This document shows, in pieces, positions 57,786-64,000 of a stretch of DNA of 64,000 bases. A model generated the notes under the pieces. It was not told the DNA's origin and ran no database searches. It was given only the letters and a program-made list of their open reading frames with translations. Within the stretch, counting starts at the first letter, position 1; the number at the start of each line of letters is the position of its first letter. The position numbers and the translations under genes are program-made. The stretch comes from Acutalibacteraceae bacterium (GTDB lineage: Bacteria > Bacillota > Clostridia > Oscillospirales > Acutalibacteraceae): contig JAZRMI010000007.1 of the NCBI GenBank assembly GCA_045647405.1, positions 31,895-95,894 of the forward strand, read 5' to 3'.

Positions 57786-57871
57786 ATTGATATAATGGAT
57801 ATAATCGGCTTGTCGAGACGCATATTAGCGTTTCGACAAACTATAAACATTATAATATATTAGGTGATTAT

Positions 57872-59002
57872 ATGAACTTTTTGCATAGAACTTGGGCAGA
57901 AATCGATATTTCGGCTTTGAAACATAATTTTGAAATTTTAAAACAAAACGCCAACGGCTCAAAAATAATGGCTGTTGTAAAGGCTGATGCTTACGGTCAT
58001 GGTGCTGAAAAAATTGCAACCGTATTGCAAGAGCAAGGCGCCGACTGGTTCGCTGTTTCAAATATTGACGAGGCGATTTATCTTCGCAACTGCGGTATAA
58101 AAAAACCTATTTTAATTTTAGGTTATACCCCTGCTGAAAAGGTTGCAGAACTTCACGATTTTGACCTTTCGCAATGCGTTTATTCTAAAGATTACGCCGA
58201 ACTATTAAATGATTTTGCACTTAAAGAGAATAGAAAAATAAAAGTACATATAAAACTTGACACCGGTATGTCAAGAATTGGTTTTGATTGCAGAAATGAT
58301 AATCTTTCGGGTATTAGCGATGCCGCCGAGTGCGCTAAAATGAGGGGCTTTATTTTCGAGGGTGTTTTCACCCACTTTGCCGTTGCCGACCGCAATCAAA
58401 CCCAAGAAGACGGCTTTACAGACCAACAGTATTCCCGTTTTATAAAGGCAATTAAAACCTTTGAAAAAGAAGGTTTAAAACCCGAATTATGTCATTGCTG
58501 TAATTCAGCAGGATATATTTTAGATAGTGATAAACACCTGTCTTTATCAAGAATAGGCATTTCACTTTATGGACTTTCCCCCTCAAGCGACCTTGAGACA
58601 AATCTTAATTTAATTCCTGTTATGACGGTAAAATCTGTTGTTTCTATGGTTAAAGAAATCGAAAAAGGTGACACCGTAAGTTACGGCCGCACCTTTAAAG
58701 CAGATAAAAAAATGAAGATTGCAACCGTTACCGCAGGCTATGCGGATGGTTATCCCCGTCTTTTATCCAACGAAGGATATGTGCTTATAAACGGCAAAAA
58801 AGCCAATATTATAGGCAGAGTTTGTATGGACCAGATGTGTATTGATATAAGCGATATTGATAATGTTAAAATAGGCGATGAAGTTATTCTTTTCGGTAAA
58901 GATTTAGTTGTTGACAACTTAGCCGATATGATTGGTACTATAAACTATGAAATTATTTGCGGTATTTCACCGAGAGTTCCCAGAGTAATAAAAAACGGGT
59001 GA
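57872..59002 (+). CDS. alr: Alanine racemase
   Basis: [11 protein letters not shown] (PLP Lys) and the C-terminal beta domain GRVCMDQ. Confidence 0.95.
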   Translation: MNFLHRTWAEIDISALKHNFEILKQNANGSKIMAVVKADAYGHGAEKIATVLQEQGADWFAVSNIDEAIYLRNCGIKKPILILGYTPAEKVAELHDFDLSQCVYSKDYAELLNDFALKENRKIKVHIKLDTGMSRIGFDCRNDNLSGISDAAECAKMRGFIFEGVFTHFAVADRNQTQEDGFTDQQYSRFIKAIKTFEKEGLKPELCHCCNSAGYILDSDKHLSLSRIGISLYGLSPSSDLETNLNLIPVMTVKSVVSMVKEIEKGDTVSYGRTFKADKKMKIATVTAGYADGYPRLLSNEGYVLINGKKANIIGRVCMDQMCIDISDIDNVKIGDEVILFGKDLVVDNLADMIGTINYEIICGISPRVPRVIKNG

Positions 59003-59007
59003 ACACT

Positions 59008-60495
59008 ATGAAAAAATATATTTTAAGTTTAGACGAGGGTACAACAAGTGCCAGAGCGATACTTTTTGACAGAAACGGAACTCCTGTCTCAGTAGCACAG
59101 CACGAATTTACCCAAATTTATCCAAAACCCTCTTATGTTGAGCACGACCCTGTTGAGATTTATTCTGCACAGTATTCAGCGCTCACAGAGGTTATAACAA
59201 AGATTGACGCCAAACCGCAAGAGATTGCGGCAATCGGTGTGACTAACCAAAGAGAAACAGTAATTGTTTGGGATAAAACAACGGGCGAACCCGTTTATAA
59301 TGCAATCGTATGGCAGTGCCGACGTACTGCTGATATATGCGAAGACCTGAAGAAACAGGGTTTAGAAGAATATATAACAAAAACCACAGGTCTCAAAATC
59401 GATGCATATTTCAGCGCAACTAAAATTAAATGGATTTTAGATAATGTTAAAGGCGCAAGAGAAAAAGCCGATGACGGACAACTGCTTTTCGGCACAGTAG
59501 ACACTTGGCTTATATGGAAACTATCGGGCGGAAAAATCCATGTTACCGACTATACTAATGCATCAAGAACAATGCTTTTTGATATTCATAATCTTTGTTG
59601 GGATAAAAAACTTTTAGAGGTTTTGAATATTCCCGAAAGTATGTTACCGACCGTAAAATCAAGCAGTGAAATCTACGGAACAGTCAACATTATGGGTGAA
59701 GAGATTGCAGTTTCAGGTATCGCAGGCGACCAACAAGCAGCGCTTTTTGGACAGCGTTGTTTCGAAAGTGGTGAAATTAAAAACACCTACGGTACAGGAT
59801 GCTTTTTGCTTATGAACACAGGCACGACCGCCTTTAAAAGCCAAAACGGACTTTTAACCACCATCGCCGCCTCTTACGGCAATAAAATCAACTATGCTTT
59901 AGAGGGAAGCGTTTTCGTTGGCGGTGCAGTTGTGCAATGGCTTCGTGACGAACTTTGCCTTATTTCAAACTCTGCCGAAAGCGAAGAATGCGCTTTATTA
60001 GTAAATGATAATAACGGTGTTTATATCGTTCCTGCATTTGCGGGATTGGGTGCGCCTTATTGGGATATGTATGCCAAAGGTACTATTTGCGGACTTACAA
60101 GAGGCAGTAACAAAAACCACATTGTGCGTGCCGCCTTAGAATCTATTGCTTACCAAACAAATGACCTTTTAACCGCATTAAAAGCCGACACGAATTTAGA
60201 TATAAAATCATTAAAGGCTGACGGCGGTGCGGCAAATAATAAATTTTTAATGCAATTTCAGTCTGATATATCAGACCTTGAGGTTATCTGTCCGAAATCC
60301 CCCGAAGCCACCGCTTTAGGTGCGGCTTTCCTTGCAGGACTGGCTGTAGGTTTTTGGAAAGATACCGAAGAAATTTCAAAAATCGGCATAAAAAACACTT
60401 CATTCTCCCCTAAAATCAACCCCACAGAGAAAGAACAACTTCTAAACGGTTGGAAAAAAGCAGTAAAAGCCTCGCAATCTTTCAGTAAGGAGTAA
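59008..60495 (+). CDS. glpK: Glycerol kinase
   Basis: [32 protein letters not shown]. Start moved to MKKYIL (ATG 59008); the ORF-track start overlaps alr. Confidence 0.96.
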   Translation: MKKYILSLDEGTTSARAILFDRNGTPVSVAQHEFTQIYPKPSYVEHDPVEIYSAQYSALTEVITKIDAKPQEIAAIGVTNQRETVIVWDKTTGEPVYNAIVWQCRRTADICEDLKKQGLEEYITKTTGLKIDAYFSATKIKWILDNVKGAREKADDGQLLFGTVDTWLIWKLSGGKIHVTDYTNASRTMLFDIHNLCWDKKLLEVLNIPESMLPTVKSSSEIYGTVNIMGEEIAVSGIAGDQQAALFGQRCFESGEIKNTYGTGCFLLMNTGTTAFKSQNGLLTTIAASYGNKINYALEGSVFVGGAVVQWLRDELCLISNSAESEECALLVNDNNGVYIVPAFAGLGAPYWDMYAKGTICGLTRGSNKNHIVRAALESIAYQTNDLLTALKADTNLDIKSLKADGGAANNKFLMQFQSDISDLEVICPKSPEATALGAAFLAGLAVGFWKDTEEISKIGIKNTSFSPKINPTEKEQLLNGWKKAVKASQSFSKE

Positions 60496-60499
60496 TTTT

Positions 60500-61414
60500 A
60501 TGGCTCACGAAATTAAGGCGTTTTCTATTACAAGCACAGACAACATTCACACATTACAGGGTAAGATTTTTATACCAAATGGTGAAATCAAGGGACTTTT
60601 TCAAATTGTTCACGGTATGACCGAATATATCGACCGCTATGAGCACTTAATGTCATTTTTGGCGGAAAACGGCTACGTTACTTTCGGTTTTGACAATTTA
60701 GGTCACGGGAAAACCATAAAAGACGATAAGGAACTTGGTTTTATTGCCCATAATGACGGTTGGAAATACCTTGTAAATGATGTTGCTGCTTTTACTAATG
60801 CAGTTAAAAATATGTATCCGTCATTACCCGTTATTTTGATGGGACATTCTATGGGCTCGTTTATTGCGAGGATTGCCTGTGAACACTACGGTGACATTTA
60901 TCAAAAACTAATTATTTGCGGTACTTCCGGACCTAATCCCCTTTCAAAAATAGGACTTTTATTCGCAAAACTTAAAAAACTCATTCACGGTAAATACTAT
61001 ATTTCAAACACAGTTTACAACCTTGCTTTCGGCAGTTATAACAAAGGTTTTGAGGGGCTTTCGGAATACGATTGGCTCACCAAAGACCGCAGTGTTATAG
61101 AAAAATACGAAAAGGATAAATACTGCAACTTTAAATTCACCATTTCTGCAATGATTGATTTAATGAAACTTTTATCATTTTCAAACCGCAAAGCGTGGTA
61201 TCAAAATATAAATAAAGATATACCAATATTACTGATTTCAGGAGATAAAGACCCCGTTGGCAACTATGGTAAAGGTGTTAAAACAGTTTATGATAAACTC
61301 AAAGTGCAAAATGCAAACGCAAGTATTAAACTTTATCCTGCCTGCCGTCACGAAATCCATAATGACACCTGCAAAGACGAAATGTTCCAAGATATTTTAA
61401 ACTTTATAAAATAA
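60500..61414 (+). CDS. Alpha/beta hydrolase (lysophospholipase / monoacylglycerol-lipase-like)
   Basis: Nucleophile elbow GHSMGS. Begins 4 nt downstream of glpK. Confidence 0.75.
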   Translation: MAHEIKAFSITSTDNIHTLQGKIFIPNGEIKGLFQIVHGMTEYIDRYEHLMSFLAENGYVTFGFDNLGHGKTIKDDKELGFIAHNDGWKYLVNDVAAFTNAVKNMYPSLPVILMGHSMGSFIARIACEHYGDIYQKLIICGTSGPNPLSKIGLLFAKLKKLIHGKYYISNTVYNLAFGSYNKGFEGLSEYDWLTKDRSVIEKYEKDKYCNFKFTISAMIDLMKLLSFSNRKAWYQNINKDIPILLISGDKDPVGNYGKGVKTVYDKLKVQNANASIKLYPACRHEIHNDTCKDEMFQDILNFIK

Positions 61415-61416
61415 TT

Positions 61417-61447
61417 TTAGCAGACCTTCAAGGTCTGCTAATTTTTT
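61417..61447. terminator. Bidirectional terminator (hydrolase gene / eno)
   Basis: ttagcagacct-tca-aggtctgctaa followed by tttttt. Confidence 0.75.
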
Positions 61448-62681
61448 ATATCATATCTTCAATAATTAAAAGCCTGTTATACTTAGCAACTCGGTCACTT
61501 CTGCAAGGCGCACCTGTTTTTATCTGTCCTGCATTAACAGCCACCGCCAAATCAGCGATTGTAGTGTCTTCACTCTCACCTGAGCGGTGTGAAATAACCG
61601 CCGTATAGCCGTTTTCTCTTGCCAATTCTATAACATCTAAAGTTTCGGTTAAAGTTCCTATCTGATTTAATTTCACAAGTATTGAATTTCCGCATTTTTT
61701 CTCAATACCCTGTGCCAATCTCTTTTGATTGGTAACAAACAAATCGTCACCCACAAGTTGAAGTTTTGAGCCTAACTTTTTGGTTAGTTTCTGCCAACCA
61801 TCCCAGTCCTCCTCTGCAACCCCGTCTTCAATCGAAATTATCGGATATTTTTCAATCAGGTTTTCATAATAAGAAATGAGGTCATCACTTGTCATTTTCT
61901 TATTGCGTTTCGGAAGTAAATATTCACCGTCTTTATACCATTCGCTTGAAGCAACATCCAATGCAATCTTTATTTCATCAGTGCTGTAACCTGCTTTATT
62001 TATAGCGCTCACAATAATTTCAATCGCCTGTTCGTCACTTTCAAGATTAGGTGCAAAACCGCCCTCATCACCAACAGCCGTCTGCATTCCCTTTTCCTTT
62101 AAAATTTTACCTAAAGAATGATATATTTCGGTACACTTTCTTATGCCGTCTGCAAAATTCCCGCATTTAAACGGAATTATCATAAATTCCTGAATATCAA
62201 TATTATTTGCGGCGTGTGCTCCACCGTTTAAAATATTAAGCATCGGTCTTGGCATTTTAACCCCGTTTATACCGCCTAAATATCTGTAAAGCGGTATGTT
62301 TTGGGCTTTTGCCGATGCCTTTGCAACCGCTAAAGATACCGCCAGAATAGCATTAGCGCCAAGACGGGATTTATTTTCAGTTCCGTCAAGTTTAATCATA
62401 GTTTCATCTATTTTTCTCTGATTAAAAGGGTTTAAACCTTTAAGTGCAGATGTGATTTCACCATTAATTGACTCAACCGCATTTTTAACGCCTTTCCCCA
62501 TATAACGCTTTCCGCCGTCACGCATTTCGTGCGCTTCAAACATACCCGTAGATGCGCCCGACGGAGAAATCGCAAAACCCTCACTTCCGTCACAAAGCGT
62601 AACCTTTGCCGCAACTGTTGGGTTGCCTCTGGAATCCAAAACCTCATAACCTTTGACTGATTTGATACAAATTTCGCTCAT
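61446..62681 (-). CDS. eno: Enolase (phosphopyruvate hydratase)
   Basis: [42 protein letters not shown]. At 411 aa it ends directly after IIEDMI. Confidence 0.9.
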   Translation of the reverse strand: MSEICIKSVKGYEVLDSRGNPTVAAKVTLCDGSEGFAISPSGASTGMFEAHEMRDGGKRYMGKGVKNAVESINGEITSALKGLNPFNQRKIDETMIKLDGTENKSRLGANAILAVSLAVAKASAKAQNIPLYRYLGGINGVKMPRPMLNILNGGAHAANNIDIQEFMIIPFKCGNFADGIRKCTEIYHSLGKILKEKGMQTAVGDEGGFAPNLESDEQAIEIIVSAINKAGYSTDEIKIALDVASSEWYKDGEYLLPKRNKKMTSDDLISYYENLIEKYPIISIEDGVAEEDWDGWQKLTKKLGSKLQLVGDDLFVTNQKRLAQGIEKKCGNSILVKLNQIGTLTETLDVIELARENGYTAVISHRSGESEDTTIADLAVAVNAGQIKTGAPCRSDRVAKYNRLLIIEDMI

Positions 62682-62820
62682 TTTATCACCAATTTCCTGT
62701 TTTTATTTATTTTTCCATAAATATTTAATATTATTTATAAATTTACTATTTTATTTTTCTGAAACTTATGTTATAATTTATTATGTATATTTATGTTTAA
62801 AAAAGGACGTGCTAAAGAGC

Positions 62821-63573
62821 ATGGAAAATAATAATAAAGAACAAGGCTATAATATCATCTGCGGACGAAACCCTGTGCTTGAAGCAGTGCGCTCAGGAAG
62901 AGAAATTGACCGACTTCTCGTTTCTCACGGTGTGAGCGGCGGCTCGGTTACTGCAATTATTGCAAAATGCAAAGCAAAAGGCATTTTAATAAAAGAAGTG
63001 AGCCCTCAGAAATTAGATTATTACTGCGGCGGTGCAAACCATCAAGGCGTTGCGGTTTTATTTGCTGAACAGGAATACTGCACCGTTGAAGATATTTTAG
63101 ACTATGCAAACAAAAAGAATGAAAAACCTTTTATAATTGTTTGTGACGAGATTGAAGACCCGCATAACTTAGGCGCTATAATCCGTACCGCTGAAGCCTG
63201 CGGTGTTCACGGAATAATTATTCCAAAAAGAAGAAGCGCTTCCCTTAATGCCACCGTTGCAAAAAGTGCAAGCGGAGCGCTTGAATATATGAATGTTGCC
63301 CGTGTTACAAATATTCCAAACACAATCGAACTTTTAAAGGAAAAAGGCATTTGGGTGTTTGGCGCTGATATGGACGGTGACGATTACCTTAAGACCGATT
63401 TTGACTGTCCTTGCGCTTTGGTTATAGGTAACGAGGGCAAAGGAATCGGAACCCTTACCGCTAAAAAATGCGATGCTATTATAAGCCTGCCAATGTGCGG
63501 TAAAATCAATTCTCTTAATGCATCGGTTGCGGCAGGAATTTTAATGTATGAAGTAGTACGAAAAAGAAGTTGA
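62821..63573 (+). CDS. rlmB: TrmH/SpoU-family 23S rRNA 2'-O-methyltransferase (RlmB-like)
   Basis: SpoU substrate-binding N-domain (ICGRNPVLEAV) and knot motifs (DPHNLGAIIRTA, GNEGKGI, SLNASVAAGI). Start at MENNNK; the upstream part of the ORF is AT-rich intergenic sequence. Confidence 0.88.
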   Translation: MENNNKEQGYNIICGRNPVLEAVRSGREIDRLLVSHGVSGGSVTAIIAKCKAKGILIKEVSPQKLDYYCGGANHQGVAVLFAEQEYCTVEDILDYANKKNEKPFIIVCDEIEDPHNLGAIIRTAEACGVHGIIIPKRRSASLNATVAKSASGALEYMNVARVTNIPNTIELLKEKGIWVFGADMDGDDYLKTDFDCPCALVIGNEGKGIGTLTAKKCDAIISLPMCGKINSLNASVAAGILMYEVVRKRS

Positions 63574-63594
63574 ACTCGGAAACGGAGATTATAA

Positions 63595-64000
63595 ATGAAA
63601 CGATTTTCAAAAAAAGAAAAGAAAGATAAATTCTTTTTGATAGACGAAGATGTGCAAAATAACAGTTCAATAAGCATTGGGGACACATTACCCGAACCCA
63701 CACACGCACTAACCGCAAAAGAAGTGCTGGCTTCGAATACACAAAAGCCAACTCAAAGATACGACGGCAAAAGCGCATTAGATGCTTTAAAAAAGCGAAT
63801 GAGAGAATCAACCGAAACTAAAATCGAAGAAACCTCAACGCTTCTGGAAAAATGCAAGCCTTTTATAGTTGATAAAAACGGAAATGATGCGTCGGTTAAT
63901 CAAAAGCCTTTATACGAATTGGAATCTGTAGCGCAGATTCTCCAAAACGACAGTAAAAAGACTATTGATAAGTTGGCAGAAAAATATGAGATAACTTATG
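63595..64000 (+). CDS. Hypothetical protein, partial (continues past the window end)
   Basis: Translated by hand: MKRFSKKEKKDKFFLIDEDVQNNSSISIGD... It stays open to nt 64000. GGAG lies 8 nt upstream. Confidence 0.5.
   Translation, partial: MKRFSKKEKKDKFFLIDEDVQNNSSISIGDTLPEPTHALTAKEVLASNTQKPTQRYDGKSALDALKKRMRESTETKIEETSTLLEKCKPFIVDKNGNDASVNQKPLYELESVAQILQNDSKKTIDKLAEKYEITY

Noticed and set aside
57806-57840. 12-bp hairpin ttgtcgagacgc-atatta-gcgtttcgacaa between the DUF1113-like gene and alr, considered as a riboswitch or attenuator.
   Set aside because: It is a simple isolated stem-loop without a T-tract or alternative pairing partners. It may be a weak terminator or stabiliser, and there is not enough evidence to annotate it.
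62653-62820. N-terminal 56-aa extension of the rlmB ORF. Similar ORF-track extensions occur for rluD (7331-7420), the HAD gene (37944-38033), glpK (58957-59007), rpmB, murB and the transposase.
   Set aside because: The extensions run through AT-rich intergenic DNA or the preceding gene. Internal ATGs with proper RBSs coincide with the conserved N-termini of the families.

Overview
This window is a low-GC Firmicutes (Clostridia-type) chromosomal segment made up almost entirely of densely packed housekeeping genes. Nearly all genes from nt 1 to 55367 are on the minus strand, and the block from 55522 to 61414 is on the plus strand.

Recognisable conserved blocks:
- A MarR plus heterodimeric ABC exporter operon, and a split transketolase.
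- rluD-lspA-divIVA-ylmH-sepF-yggS (the tail of the division cluster).
- miaA-mutL-mutS-ylbF-miaB, followed by htrA and mnmG.
- A DnaD/DnaC-like loader pair and an anchored 5'-nucleotidase.
- ctsR-mcsA-mcsB-clpC with clear CtsR operators.
- rpmB, gpsA-plsY-der-DUF512, rpmF-yceD, pgi, a PBP5-type carboxypeptidase, mnmA, pfkA-dnaE-whiA, murB-hprK.
- ychF, alr, glpK, eno and rlmB.

The only clearly accessory stretch is about 26.15-30.15 kb. A perfect-consensus promoter drives an unclassified GC-rich structured RNA that begins as a copy of the tRNA-Pro 5' half, followed by an intact tRNA-Pro(UGG). Downstream are an IS3-family element and a small cassette with its own promoter. The cassette encodes a 56-aa Zn-ribbon protein and a cytosolic Ser/Thr kinase fused to an N-domain that I recall as AbiJ-NTD-like. 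Diverged copies of a hairpin/flank module bracket these parts. I consider this cassette and the tRNA-derived RNA the best candidates for something new.

All calls come from reading the supplied ORF translations and the DNA by eye. No searches or folding programs were run.
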